Origin: Eledone cirrhosa
Lineage: Eukaryota
Direction: 5' to 3'
Length of the DNA stretch: 64,000 bases
Assembly: GCA_964016885.1 (NCBI GenBank)
Contig: OZ024741.1
Coordinates: 228,222,001-228,286,000 of the forward strand
Positions within the stretch are counted from its first letter, which is position 1, and the number at the start of each line of letters is the position of its first letter. Below are positions 23,788-38,129 of this stretch, piece after piece. The position numbers and the translations under genes are program-made. The notes beneath the pieces were generated by a model. That model saw only the letters and a program-made list of their open reading frames with translations, searched no databases and had not been told where the DNA came from.

Positions 23788-23966
23788 TTGGTAGTATCGG
23801 TAGAGGGTCGGACGCCATGCTTTCCAGCATAGTTACGTCCCTTTACGATCTGAGTTCAAGTCCCGCCGAGGTTGACTTTGCCTTTCATCCTTACGGGGTC
23901 GATAAAATAAAGTACCAGTAAGGCACTGAGTAATTGCTGGCCTTGTGCCTAAAGTAGAAACAATTA
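23788..23966 (+). mobile_element. tRNA-derived SINE (Nin-domain-like family)
   Basis: A box TGG(C)AGTATCGG, B box GAGTTCAAGTCC, conserved GCCTTTCATCCTTACGGGGTCGATAAAATAAAGTACCAG; many copies in window. Confidence 0.85.
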
Positions 23967-24480
23967 TAAATTACACACATGTATGTGCCTGCGAGCTGGT
24001 GAATAGTCTCTACGCGGTCGATCGAGGGAAGATTCGATTCAGATAAAACACTATTTTTTTTATTTTTATATAAAATAAAGACTCACGGAGATACAATTAC
24101 AACACAATACATACAGACACGTATCGAGATATAAATATATATATATGACTTAGTTCACTTCCGATACATAACCTGTTTGTTTCATAATCATAAACGCCCA
24201 CCCACTTCAGGTGGTTTCAATATTTGTCATACCTGTATATACCAGGCGGGTCTGACACACGTGCGTGCGTGTCAAGTAATGGATGTATGTGTGTGTGTAT
24301 ATACACACACACACATGAACAAATATCTGTCTTAATAGCATGACAAGGTAACTAGGTAGTGGCATTTTATGAATACACACACACATATATATTATGAATG
24401 CGAGGGGTGGACAGAAGCCATATTAGTTGTATAAATGTTGTGTGGTTATAAATACATATGGAAAGCGCGTAAGGTGTATG

Positions 24481-24570
<90 letters not shown>

Positions 24571-24573
<3 letters not shown>

Positions 24574-24676
24574 TTCTTCGAATGAAACAGTTCTAGTCCT
24601 GTAGAAGCCATTTCTATATTAAATATTTATACTCTGCTATGTATTGAGTACCTTACTGTGGTTATCCGCGATTGAT
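24571..24676 (+). repeat. 3' half of HHR plus tail (family of 45500-46610)
   Basis: TTC..GAATGAAACAGTTCTAGTCCTGTAGAA...CTCTGCTATGTATTGAGTACCTTACT; 5' core missing. Confidence 0.65.
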
Positions 24677-25136
24677 ACACACACATTTATATATATATAT
24701 ATATGACACATAGATGTATGTAGATATATATCTACAATATATGTATAGAGGCTACGTAAAGTGTACTTATATTTAAAAACATGCATATATAGAATCTCTT
24801 GTTACTCTATTATGTTGCTACTTGCTGTCTAGTTAATTCAGTCACCACAATATGTCAACAGATACAGATGTATTTATATTACATTACATAATACTGTACA
24901 ACACTATATAATACTAGAGGTATATACATATCTATCGTGTAATTTAAATCATGTTACTTTCAAGGTAATGTAACGTGATGCTCTAATTTTATACATGGAA
25001 GTACTCAATACGTTGAATAGAGTGAACTTACTATATATAGTAGATAAATACTAGCCAATTTACATGATTTAAAAATTTCATGAAAATAGAAATTTCTTTA
25101 GAGAGGTGTGAATCTAACGAAGGTTTTCTCACGAAT

Positions 25137-25173
<37 letters not shown>

Positions 25174-25746
25174 TATATATATAAGGAGACAGAGAGAGAC
25201 ATGGAAAACACGGTTTATAGACAAATAGAACTATCTGTGAGCAAGTGAGTCTTGTGTGTGATGGAAAAGAGAATATGACTTACCTGATCGTTTGTCCTAG
25301 ACACACAGACAGCGTTGGGATTGAGTGAGTTTGTTTCCTATCTTATTTCAATGAGGGCGATCCAACTGGTCGTTAATATATGACAAAGGTAGCAGGAAAT
25401 GATTGTTGTGGTTGTGGCTTACCTCCCTTGGATTATGATCTACCTCATACTATCACTCATTTTCTCTCTATATATGTCTTCCATACCTATCGATATCATA
25501 TTTAAAACCTCTCTCTTTCTCTTCTTTTCTCTCTTTCTCCGAGTGTCTCTTTCTCTTTCTGTTTTTATCTCCTTTTACAACAATGAGGTAACTTCTATGT
25601 GGTATTTCGACCTGCTAGAAAGAGTACCAAATCTCTCTCAAATCCTACCTTTTTGTCTTAAAAAAAAGAAGATAGTGTGAGATAAACGGTCTGACATGGT
25701 TGGAATGCTTTTGATTATTGGTCAGGTAAATCGAAGTGGGTGTGGC

Positions 25747-25911
25747 CAGGGACGGATTTATCATTGTGCTTAGGTGTGCTTAATCACAGGGCCCGGTTGG
25801 CCAGGTGGGGGACATCTTTCTGCCAAATCTTTTTTACCTCCTACAGGGCCCAAGTAAGGGGTCTCATAACTTAACTAGCACAGGGCCTCATGTGTCCTAA
25901 ATCCGGCACTG
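25747..25911. mobile_element. MITE with CAG(G/T)G(A/C)CGGATTTA TIRs (hAT-like)
   Basis: CAGGGACGGATTTA...TAAATCCGGCACTG; related inverted copy ~27037-27170. Confidence 0.6.
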
Positions 25912-27424
25912 GGAGTAGCTTATGACTAAATAACGTTAATAATTGTTTCTATTTTGGGCACAAGGCCAGCAATTATCTCAGTGCATTACTGGTACTTTAT
26001 TTTATCGACCCCGTAAGGATGAAAGGCAAAGTTAACCTCGGTGGGATTTGAACTCAGCCGAGGTTAACTTTAAACAACATTAATAATAGAAATACATTAG
26101 ATAATGTAGACAATGTTGACACAATGTTTGAATAAGGCTGGGTTGTCATGGCTGGATCATCTTTGATCATAGGTCAGTTAGGTTAGTGTTGATCCGGGTT
26201 AAAGCAACAACTAGATAGAAGAGTTTCTTTGAGAGTTTATTGTCCTGACCCCTCGAACATAACACAGAAGGAGTCAGGTTACAAAACACTTTTAGCTGCT
26301 CCTATTACAGCGTGTTGAATACTGGGTTGAGATGGTGGAGTGTTGTAGTGTTGATTCGAATGTTGTGTGTACTCACTTGGATTACTTAATTGTGTGGTCT
26401 CTGTTGTGTAGAATGTAGGCGAAAGAAGATTGATGTGCCTGATAACGTGTGACCAGAGAATGCGGGTGTGCAAGTAAGTAAGTGTTTATTATGATGACGA
26501 TGATGAATCCTTGGGTAAGTGATTAACCCTGATTGCATAGGAAATGAAATATACCAAACACAATAATACAAAGCCACTATGTTACTAATTTATCAAATAT
26601 AACTTTAGTTGAAGTTATACGACAATACATGCAGAACAAATAAACACAGTTGAATTGTGATATGTATCAGCTATGGTGTGTATGTGTGTTTTCTTACAAA
26701 AGTATTATTAAAGATGTATTTACCAAACTTCTATTGATGCGGAGGGTTTCGTTGGCCTAGCAGCAAGGGTGCGAGACCCAAAGGGGTTTCTGTATGGGAC
26801 AATTGGCCACTACATCTTAGCTGGACGGTAGGAACTCTGAAATTGTCCAATTGACTGGGGGTAGCTTTGGTCCTATGAAAGTGTCATCTCGAAAAATCCC
26901 TTGTTGGCCAGTCTCTCTAGATTAACTGGCGTCAGTTTAAGACAAAGAAAAACTAAACATCTATGTGCCACAAGGTCAGCATGTGGTCACACTGACCTAC
27001 TTTGCCAAGAGTTCAAATTACTGGTACACTCACTTCTAGTGCAGGACTTAGGACAAATGCGGCCCCGTGCTAGTTAAGTTATGAGGCCCCTATTTGGGCG
27101 CTGAAGGAGGGGGGGGGGGAAATGGGGCCCTGTGCTTAAGCACACCTAAGCACAATGGTGAAACCGCACTACTCGCCTCACAATTAATTGTAAGGTATTA
27201 CATTAACAGGTGGAATAATCATGGCTGGAATGTTCTGTGTTTTAACTGCATTTTCTCCAATAATTGATTTATCTCCCATTAAATCTCTTTATCAATGATT
27301 TAGATGATGTGAGAGTAAAGTCGGTGGTTGATGTCTAATTAGTATTTAAGATCATATCATCTGATATGTTTTTTTCTTCTTCTTGTTATTGTTGTTATTT
27401 AACCCCAACTCAACCCTGATCCAG

Positions 27425-27787
27425 TAGACCTAGTATATCTAATATTATGGCTATCGTTGTTTAGAACCCCAGATCAACTCTCATCAGACTTAGTATATAT
27501 AATATTATGGCTATCGTTGTTTAGAGCCTCATATCAACTCTCATCAGACCTAGTATATAATATTATGGCTATCGTTGTTTAGAGCCCCAGATCAACTCTC
27601 ATCAGACCTAGTATATATAATATTATGGCTATCGTTGTTTAGAGCCCCAGATCAACTCTCATCAGACCTAGTATATATAATATTATGGCTATCGTTGTTT
27701 AGAGCCTCAGATCAACTCTCATCAGACCTAGTATATCTAATATTATGGCTATCGTTGTTTAGAGCCCCAGATCAAATCTTATCAGAC
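27425..27787. repeat. 60-bp minisatellite, ~6 units
   Basis: ATCAGACCTAGTATATATAATATTATGGCTATCGTTGTTTAGAGCCCCAGATCAACTCTC repeated. Confidence 0.95.
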
Positions 27788-28229
27788 AGACATATGAACA
27801 AAATGTTTCAGCTGTTAGTGTCAAATCTTTTATTCAGACATTGTGTATCTAGGACCACATTACCTAATGTATCCTTTCTTCTTATACTTGTTGTTTAGCC
27901 ACATGTCATCCCCCATTTAACAGATTATGGAGCTTCTATGTGGCTGCTTAATCTATTAGAAATAGCAGTCAAATCTCATTTGAACTATACCCAACTGTTT
28001 TAAAACATTTTCTCGATAAACTATATCTGAATCGATGGCGCCATGGCCACTTGTTGAATGTCTCTTATCATAAATCAGTTCAGTGAAGGTTGATCTTGGG
28101 TTAAGCAATGATAACAACATCAAATATAATGATTTAACAAGGAAGCCTCTAAATGATCGTTCAACCTGTTTGAAATAACAGCCATGTTTCTATTAAATCA
28201 TACCCTACATCACTAAATTTCAATTTATA

Positions 28230-28632
28230 ATATGGGTCGAAGGCCGGCAATTTTAGGGAAGGGAAATTGCATTATATTAACCCCAATACTTGATTGGTAT
28301 TTTATTTTAGCGACCTGGAAAGAATGAAAGACAATGTTAACCTCGACAGGATTTGAACTCACTTCGTTAAGAACTAGAACAAATATTGTTAAAGATTTAT
28401 CCGACGCTCCCTTGACTCTACCAATCAACTGCCCTTATCCTAATATATAATTGTTTCTACTTTTTGGCACAAGGCCAGCAATTACTCAGTGTATTACTGG
28501 TACTTTATTTTATCGATCCCGTAAGGATGAAAGGCAAAATTAACCTCGGCGGGATTTGAACTCAGAATGGCAAGGGCCGTAACTCTATGCGTCAAAGCAT
28601 GGTGTCCGACCCTCTACCGATACTGCCAATCC
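28230..28632 (-). mobile_element. Two adjacent SINE copies (older variant plus young copy 28449-28632)
   Basis: Reverse match to SINE consensus. Confidence 0.8.
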
Positions 28633-28710
28633 AGATATATTGATGAATGTAGTATTGGTGAATATAATACGTGATACACGATTAATTTAGTATTCAGATT
28701 TAAGATACAT

Positions 28711-28905
28711 CAGACCTGTCAACTCTCCCCGTCGGACGGGAAGATCTCCCACCTACTTTGGGGTGGGGAAGAGGTGTCTTCTCTTGTGAAAATGGGTATA
28801 GTTTTCATTATGTAAAATCTACCTATTTTGCCTCATTTCTCTCTGTTTTGAGGCCCAATTTTTCATGGTTCCCCTTGTTTGGGATTTTAGAGGTTGGCAT
28901 GTCTG
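28711..28905. mobile_element. hAT-like MITE (inverted copy)
   Basis: CAGACCTGTCAAC...GTTGGCATGTCTG. Confidence 0.7.
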
Positions 28906-29052
28906 ATACATTGATAAATACAGTATCAAGATACTCGATGGCTAAAATTCAAGATAAAAAAATTCAAGATAAAAAAAAATTAATTCTATCAGAGCTGAAT
29001 TAAGGCTAAACATCATCAACCACAATGACAAATAACCTCATTGTGTGTGTGT

Positions 29053-29151
<99 letters not shown>

Positions 29152-29438
29152 CTAGTCAGTGATCATGATACATATTTTAATAAAACCACGAGCTTGGAAC
29201 TACCCAGCCGTGTCGAAATATCTAAGTATATACGCCTACTAAAATATTATCTTCAGGGACGGCATATTTTGAAGTCGTCAAGCAGGATTAATGTTCACTG
29301 ATGTAGACAACAATGGACCAAATGTAAGGATATGATAAGACACATATTATACCGATATACATATATAAGAATAAAAGTATGTGTGAGTGTGTGAGCGCGT
29401 GTACGTAATCACACACACACACACACGCACACGCACGC

Positions 29439-29511
<73 letters not shown>

Positions 29512-29518
29512 GGTATTA

Positions 29519-29696
29519 TTGGCAGTATCGGTAGAGGGTCGGACGCCATGCTTTCCAGCATAGTTACGTCCCTTTACGATCTGAGTTCAAATCCCGCCGA
29601 GGTTGACTCTGCCTTTTATCCTTACGGGGTCGATAAAATAAAGTACCAGTAATGCACTGGGTAATTGCTGGCCTTGTGCCTAAAGTAGAAACAATT
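29519..29696 (+). mobile_element. tRNA-derived SINE
   Basis: Same family as 23788. Confidence 0.85.
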
Positions 29697-30376
29697 ATAT
29701 TTATATATATATAGGCTCTACATCGAATAGATTTAAGACCAGATATAATTCACACCTTAATTCGTTCAGAAACCCTAAACTTAGCAACGTATCCTCAATA
29801 TCCACATACATACACTCATTAAAATTAAGTAATATACCATACACCTTAAAATGAGAAGTGATAGCTAAGGCCCCTTCATATAGACCACCTAACAAATTTT
29901 GTAACCTTTGCATCCTTGAGTCTAAAAATATTATTCACTCTAACCTTAGCCTACTAAATAGGAAATCAGAGATCTTCTACACGTGTCCGCATTACCATAG
30001 ATTCTCGATCCACTACTTCAAACCTAGCAACTAATAATAATAAAAATAAAAATAAAGACCAATGTCGGAGATAACACTAGACTACCACCTTGTAATTTAT
30101 CCAACTAGACCTTCATGAATAAAGGACCACACCTTAATTAAAAGAGCACACTGACCTACATACAGTCAATAAACACCTGTTTGATCTATTACCTTATACA
30201 ATTAAAAGATTTAAATAATATAGACACCCTAATAAACTCCCAATATACAACACCAACTGAATAGCAGACAACTGTGTATATAACTCCAATTACTCCAGTA
30301 TATATTGTGCAACTCACTATCCTGTTATAAAAAACTTCGACTATCTCTACACAATCAATATGCTTGCATGTATGTA

Positions 30377-30478
<102 letters not shown>

Positions 30479-30540
30479 TGTGCAGATATGTGTGTGTATG
30501 TGTGTGTGTGTGTGTGTGTGTATGTGTGTGTGCAGATATG

Positions 30541-30575
<35 letters not shown>

Positions 30576-31642
30576 ATATGTTTATACATTATAACACATA
30601 TGTATATACCTTATATTATACATGCATATACTAACTATGTAAAAACTATCTAGTTTTAATAAGCTAAATTTAAAAAAATGTTTTAACCCCCTCCACACAA
30701 GTTTAAAAGATAGAAATTATATAACCAAGAATATTTTATATCTTATATACTCTATATAGATTAATTTATAACACTACCACAATATTATAAAAACCCTTAG
30801 TTTATCAACAACATTAATTACCCCCCCTTTGTTATTAACCCTCTTTACAACTTCCTGTGTAAACTTATAAAATTAAGCAACCTAACGGTTTACCAACAGC
30901 TTAATAATGGTTAATACAAACCCTAGAAAAGATAATTTGCAGATAAAAATGCATAAGATAATATACCTACAATAACAACATGGCCAGTAATTCGGAAGAA
31001 TTTACATTTAACAAACAAACACCTATTGACTATAAACGACTCAAAATAATCCCATGGTTAATAGCTGTGAGTAACAAACAACACATACACATACATACGA
31101 ACTACAATACAAAAACACTTAAATGAAAATCACATACTCAACTCTATCACGTGCTTTGCATTACACCTTACATAACAAGTACCTACATTATCACCACATG
31201 CCTCTCTAACAAGTTGCACACTATCTTAAACATTTATTACAAATACAACATGCTTTAACACCCCACACAAAATATGTTTATTTCAACTACATTATAATTC
31301 TTTCCTCATACATGCCTTATTGACTGTATTGACTCCTGCATTGTACACCAATTTACCTTGCTTATAACTTCTTTGCCTGTGTTTTTTTTGCTTGCGATTT
31401 TTTTTGCTTGTGCTTTTTTTGCTTGTGATTTTTTTTTGCTTGTAATTTTTTTGCTTGTGTTTTTACTTTTACTTATATCTGTTACACTTCCAACCAGTGC
31501 TGCCTGTAATTGTGTTATTTCAAGCGAAACATCTTTTTAACTCCTGACTCTCCACATGATGCATTTGATACTAGTAACAATTATATACCCTAAATGTTCT
31601 AAATGACTAGGATTCTAGTTACACATTTTCGACATTCATTAT

Positions 31643-31687
31643 GCTCCGATGATTCCAGACTTCTCTCTGGAAGAAACAATTGTCAGC
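31643..31687 (+). ncRNA. Type I hammerhead variant (CCGAUGA core)
   Basis: GCT-CCGATGA-TTCCAGA cttctc TCTGGAA-GAA-AC aatt GT-C-AGC. Confidence 0.7.
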
Positions 31688-31745
31688 TAATAAATGTTCT
31701 AAACTAAAATTTGATCGTTTTAACACTTTGTATATATATATATAT

Positions 31746-32284
31746 TTACAAACAAACCGAACATTATAATAAATGTTCAGTAAACCCATACGTACATACA
31801 TATATATATATGCATGTATGTATATACATACTACTGTACGTCTGTATACATATATGTATGTACGTATACATACTTATATTTAAGTAACAGCCGTACTAAG
31901 AGTGAGAAATGAAATTTAATTTTTTCCATTTATCGTTTTCGGTACGCCCGGCCTACTAACTCACTCGATATGCAAATTAGGCTGTTCAGCCGTTAATATG
32001 CATAAGCAAAGTATATACTTTCAAACGTTCAATCATCTGACAGGAAGGTATACAGTGCTGAGGATAGCTAATAAGCTTGAAACTAGTTCATCGTTCCTTT
32101 GTCAGTGTTGAACAAAAGGGCAACGATGGTTGCCGAACACTGTACGGCTTAATTCGGGCTGTTTGTTTACAAACGAACCGAGCATTATAATAAATGTTCG
32201 GTAAACCCATACGTACATATATATATGTGTGCATGTATGTATATATATACATACTACTGTACGGCTGTATACATATATGTATGC
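31746..32284 (-). repeat. ~420-bp repeat, ~1.3 tandem units, including the empty RTE target site
   Basis: 31746-31862 is repeated at 32168-32284; homologous to 15219-15639. Confidence 0.8.
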
Positions 32285-32381
32285 AAGTTTGTACAAATGT
32301 GCTCAATACTTGTGCCTACAGGTTTAAATATTAGAAGCGTTAATATTTAGTAGGCGAGGATATAATCAGAGCGGTTACAAA

Positions 32382-32451
<70 letters not shown>

Positions 32452-32736
32452 AAGTGCAGAAACCCATAAAGCTAGATTTTAACATCCTTCTAGCGGGTCC
32501 GGGTAAGATTTTACATTCATTTAATTTAATAATTTATTAATATATTATTTGCGTGACCCGAATTTTCCTGGTCGTTTTTTCGGCTGTGCGAATGATTTTA
32601 AGCATTGTCTCTATGTGTTGGTATTTAAACGTTAGTTATAGCTCTGGTTTATCCAAACTATTGAGCCCTCTGCCACACATTTCGAAGATTGTGTTTCGTG
32701 ATTTCGTGGGCTGAAATTCCGATTCTCGATTATTTA

Positions 32737-32819
<83 letters not shown>

Positions 32820-33309
32820 TTATCGATCTGGTTCAATAGATGATTATAAGTTACCACCCCTACATTGTCTCTCAATTAAAAAATTAAAAAATTAGCACTT
32901 AACTATAAAATACCCACAATTTCTAATCTCTCGAGGAGTTACTTCCCCTGAAATCACCCTCTAATTAGTATGGTAAATATGTCCATTGGCGGCCATCTTG
33001 TTACTCATAGGCAGATCTCACACAATGCAGCCTCGACAGATGAATACTGCTTGATTATGGCAGACAATTGATACACCCAGGACACCATAGTGAAATACCA
33101 ATATATGGAACATTACATTATGTGACATTCTTTCCTTATTTTAATTTATATTCATTTGAAGTTCCGATGTCTAAAAATATGTTAATTATTTTCAACTGAA
33201 GCAGATCAATAATGATATATAGTCATTTGATCCACAAATATTATATTGAGTAGCGAAACAATTGTAAACGGGCATTATTATTATTAATATTATTATTATT
33301 AATATTATA

Positions 33310-33496
33310 GGGCGGTGGATTGGCAGTATCGGTAGAGGGTCGGACGCCATGCTTTGACGCATAGAGTTACGGCCCTTGCCATTCTGAGTTCAAATCCCGC
33401 CGAGGTTAACTTTGCCTGTCATCCTTACGGGGTCGATAAAATAAAGTACCAGTAATACACTGGATAATTGCTGGCCTTGTGCCAAAAGTAGAAACA

Positions 33497-33499
<3 letters not shown>
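33310..33499 (+). mobile_element. tRNA-derived SINE inserted in the 5' pLTR
   Basis: Full SINE with (ATT)n tail; absent from the 3' pLTR copy. Confidence 0.9.
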
Positions 33500-33532
<33 letters not shown>

Positions 33533-33849
33533 TTCTACATTCCTTACATCAGACTAAAATATGTTGACAATCTTTTAATAATGTCTTCCTTGTGAAATTT
33601 GTGGTCTTGATTTGCTTAACTAATGAATATTTCCAGCCCTGCGCGCCTAACTTCTGCATGAACCCAGCCCCCTAGCTGCTTTCCACTGCATATTGCACAT
33701 TGAGCACATGCATTTACGCTTTGGCTTTTAACTAATTCAGCGATCTCTCCTCTCCTATCTCCATCTCTCTGTTTAAGATTGGTTACTCTTGAACTGTGTA
33801 TACTTGAGCTCCCGTAGTTGAGCTATTTACTGTTAGAAGTCACCATATT

Positions 33850-35761
33850 GAGTAAGCAGGAACTCAGGATCTCACTTAAGTCCATACCTATCCCAGATAG
33901 GAAGACATACCTCAAACTCCTAACACAGAGTGTCAACTCTTTCATCCGAAGAATAAGATGGAAAGCCTTCCACTTCGACCGTGCGGGTGCTGCTGACGCC
34001 GGAAGCACAGCAAACAGATATGGATTTACCACCTGCAAGAACCCCCACCCCCCCCACGCACAACATCCCGCTGGACCCTTTTGAGAAAGCTCTATTCAAC
34101 TTCGTCAGGAGCATTAAATTCAAAAACATTATAGACACAAGAATAATTTTCTCAATAAATTAGCAACGACTATAAAAAAATTTAAAGATAGCCACCTCTT
34201 ACATGTTATGTCTGACAAAACTAAAAATCTATACACCATGACTCCTGAAACTTACAACTCCTTCCTTCTTAAGGAACTTAATAAAAACTATAAACAAACT
34301 ATACCCTCCAGTGTAAACGTACTTAACCGAAAAACCCAGGCTTTGGTTAAGGACTTGCATCTGGATAGATTTACCCACCCTTATGTACCAACAATCCCAA
34401 GGTTCTCTCTCAAGGATCATAAGCCAAACTTTATAGAGAACTCATCTATTAGACTTATAAGCCCAACCACATCCGACCTGGGTCGTATCAGTAAGAATAT
34501 CCTTGATAGGATCATCCCTGGGCTACGGGATGATATCACCTATAAGTTGTGGTTCAACACCGGCCAAGCCATTAGATGGTTCTCCGATCTAAGGTCCAAA
34601 CAATCTATGAGGTTCATCCAATTTGACATTGGCAGCTATTACGCGTCAACAAAGCATTAACCCTAGCCAGCACCAACTCGGACATAACCAATAATGAGAT
34701 TGACATCATACTTATGGCTAGGCAGACCATCATTGAATTCAACGGAGCACTCTGGACTAGAAAAGACAGAACAGACAACTTTGACATCACGATGGGCTCA
34801 AGTGACTCCACGCAAATCACCGATTTAGTTGGAATTTACCTATTACATAACATCAGAGCCGAAATCCAACCCTTGCAAGGCAGAATATACAGGGACGACG
34901 CCCTATTTGCAGTCCACAATTGCACTAATCGGGGCATTGATTTGCTAAAAAAAGGAATAGGCCTAGAAATATCACCTGGCTTAACCCCCCATTCTCATCT
35001 AATCTAGCCACTAATATCCCTAAACGCTTCTTCTCTATCCTATCTAAACATTCACCCCCCCCAACCATAGATATTACAAACTCTTTAATAAAAATAACAT
35101 TAAAATCTCATTCTCCACAACACCTAACCTAGCTAGCCACATCGCATTCAGTAACTATTATAAACTAAGACAGTATAACTCCCACACCGCGGTACCACCA
35201 CCCCTATCAAATACACCACGCCACTACACCAATACTTACTCTAGTAGCACACCTCCCCCATTTAATCCTTCTAACACTGACCAACAGCTTAGGTTAAACT
35301 ACCTTACTCTCACTAACCGAAGAAGCAACTGCAACTGCCGTTACCCTAATGCATGCCCATTAAATGAACACTGCCTGACACCCAACATAGTCTATAGGTG
35401 CACGGTTAAAACTGCTTCGAATACCAGCTCCTATATCGGGTCTACCTCTAACCCCTTTAAGGTACGCTATAACGCGCACTCTTTTTCCTTCTGAGACCCT
35501 AACAACAGATGTTCGACACCTCTAGCTAGGCTCATTAAAAACCTTAAATTAACCAACATTGAACACTCACTAACATGGGATATTTTAGCTAGGGCCCAAC
35601 CGTTCAATGGACGAAGAAAATCTTGTGATCTCTGTATTACGGAAGCATATTGCATAACTCTATCACGACCTCTACCGATTAACGATAGAACGGAGGTAAC
35701 TATTAGCTGTCAACATCGAAGGGCTAATTCCTTCGCCAACAGAATATTTGACCCAACATAG
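33850..35761 (+). pseudogene. PLE RT + GIY-YIG ORF (frameshifted, internally deleted)
   Basis: KSIPIP...FIRRIRWKAF, LKDHKPNF, FIQFDIGSYY, FDITMGS, IYRDD, CNCRYPNACPLNEHC, VY...YIG, CDLC..E. Confidence 0.88.
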
Positions 35762-36130
35762 TCATCTAGCCCCATTTTTACTTGTAGATAATAAGTTAAA
35801 TAGCTATAACTAACTTAGATAATTATAAGTTACCTCCCTTACATTGTCTCTCAATTAAAAAATTAAAAAATTAGCACTTAACTATAAAGTACCCACAATT
35901 TCTAATCTCTCGAGGAGTTACTTCCCCTGAAACCATCCTCTAATTAATAAGACAAATATGTCCATTGGCGGCCATCTTGTTACTCATAGGCAGATCTCAC
36001 ACAATGCAGCCTCGACAGATGAATACTGCTTGATTATGGCTGACAATTGATACACGCAGTGAAATACCAATATATGGAACATTACATTATGTAACAATCT
36101 TTCCTTATTTTAATTTATATTCCTTTGAAA

Positions 36131-36248
36131 TTCCGATGAGCCGCTCTGTCTTTAAATATGTTAATTATTTTCAACTGAACCAGATCAATAATGATATATA
36201 GTCATTTGATCCACAAATATTATATTGAGTAGCGAAACAATTGTAAAC
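36131..36248 (+). ncRNA. Hammerhead variant (CCGAUGA, ~90-nt stem II) in 3' pLTR
   Basis: TT-CCGATGA-GCCGCTC...GAGTAGC-GAA-AC aatt GT-A-AA; the 5' pLTR copy (33161-33269) has lost part of the core. Confidence 0.55.
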
Positions 36249-36544
36249 CGACATTATTATTATTAATATTATTATTATTATTTTCTACATTCCTTACATC
36301 AAACTAAAATATGTTGACAATCTTTTAATAATGTCTTCCTTATGAAATGTGTGGTCTTGTTTTGCTTAACTAATGAATATTTCCAGCTCTGCGCGCCTAA
36401 CTTCTGCATGAACCCAACCACCTAGCTGCTTTCCACTGCATAATGCACATTGAACACATGCCTTTACGCTTTGGCTTCTAACTAATTCACCAATCTCTCC
36501 TCTCCTATCTCCATCTCTCTCTTTAAGATTGGTTACTCTTGAAC

Positions 36545-36637
<93 letters not shown>

Positions 36638-37843
36638 TTCAAAGGATATATATATAAATTAGACGAAGTCACAGATAATACCCTTTGAATTTTATATATA
36701 CTCCCGTAAGGTTGAGTAAAACTTTAGGCAGTATTCGGCTGCGTGCGCTTTCTAGCAACCAGCCTACTCGCCGACAGGCACCAATTACAAACTTTCTGCC
36801 TTGACCACTGGCCACTTGATGGTCTTAGCCATTTTGAATTCATTTCTGGCGGGGATCATGGTCGAAGAATCTTACTCCAGTCTGAGGTATCTCCTGATGA
36901 GTTCCGAGCCTCGTGGATTTATCCAAGACCGGATATATAAAAAAAGTGGTAAAATTTATGTGCAATTTTTCTTCTAACTTCGATTTTCTACTTAATTGCG
37001 TGTAGTTAACTATTTGTTTAGTCAATTTCTACAGGCTAGAAGAAATATTAGGTAAGTCTTTTGGTTGTACATCGCGGAAAAGAATCTCTATCATTTGTCT
37101 ATTATTTCTTCATAAGTATATTTTAAACTTATAGCCCCGTTTAAATGATTTTTGTGTGGTTAATTTATACTGATTGGGAGAGGAAATACTGTATACATTT
37201 TATCTAATGATTCTTTGGACTTACATTTTTATGTATATACATATATGTGTGTGTTAATATTTATGGCCTCAGCCTTATAGAGGTCAACGCTCTAGACCAC
37301 CACAGCACCACCTTTGTCAGCGGGTTTGATGACAATGTCATCGCGACGCCGTAGGTTGCGAAGATAGGAGAGTTCAGCCCGCATAATGTTAGAGCGACGA
37401 GCATGCTGGTGAAAAAGAAACAGGTTCACAGTACGTCAGCAAGTCACAAGGAGTCGAGGGTGTTGAACTGCTCATAGCTCGACATCCAATGTGACTGCCG
37501 GCGACCCTTATATTAACATACTTTTGTTCATAGCTTCGTACTTACAAGCACACACACACTGTTCTACTTACATATACATACACATATCGTCTTAGCTTCG
37601 TACGGACGTATAATAACACACACGCGCGCGCATACGACGCGCACAAGTATAGCTCTTTATACATTTCAGTATACGCGCTCCATCATCCACTGTTTTAAAA
37701 ATGTATATCATACACAAAACGCCTGCATCAACAGTTTTCCAAGTGATGTTAACATGAATAGCACTGTTATTTTTCTCTAAAAACATTTTTTCCAATACCA
37801 GCCCGCCCGTCGCTTCAATCTTTCTAATTTCTCATTCTTTCTT

Positions 37844-37871
37844 CTGATGAAGGACTTGCGTCCGAAACGTT
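37844..37871 (+). ncRNA. Minimal PLE-type hammerhead core
   Basis: CTGATGA-A-GGAC ttgc GTCC-GAAACGTT; downstream GCGTGAAA(C/T)TAATA shared with the 7903 copy. Confidence 0.65.
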
Positions 37872-38009
37872 AACACCCTCTTCCTGCTATTTCAAGCGTG
37901 AAACTAATATATTGCCTCCATATACTGTACCGATTGTGTTGTTATTTCTGTTTACCTTTTACACATATATATATATATATACATATATATATACCCACAC
38001 GTGTGTGTA

Positions 38010-38125
<116 letters not shown>

Positions 38126-38129
38126 TAAA

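Larger units (their letters stand above)
32844..36549 (+). mobile_element. Penelope-like element (Hydra-like) with two direct pLTRs (32844-33800, 35823-36549), in (TA)n
   Basis: ~730-bp direct repeats; disrupted RT/EN ORF between them; HHR in pLTR. Confidence 0.9.

Noticed and set aside
23788-23870. tRNA gene
   Set aside because: A/B boxes belong to SINE heads; no complete cloverleaf.
25277-25430. Minus-strand splice-donor-like sites (CAG|GTAAGT, GAG|GTAAGC) suggesting host exons
   Set aside because: No convincing acceptor or recognisable protein frame; cannot be supported without RNA data.
27425-27787. Regular repeat array resembling CRISPR
   Set aside because: Whole 60-bp units repeat with no unique spacers; eukaryotic context with no cas genes.
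36890-36940. CTGATGAG possible HHR start (also at 57633)
   Set aside because: No matching stem II closure followed by GAAA and stem I found.
37252-37518. TGTTAATAT...ATATTAACA bounded segment as solo LTR
   Set aside because: No TSD and no second copy in the window; too weak to call.
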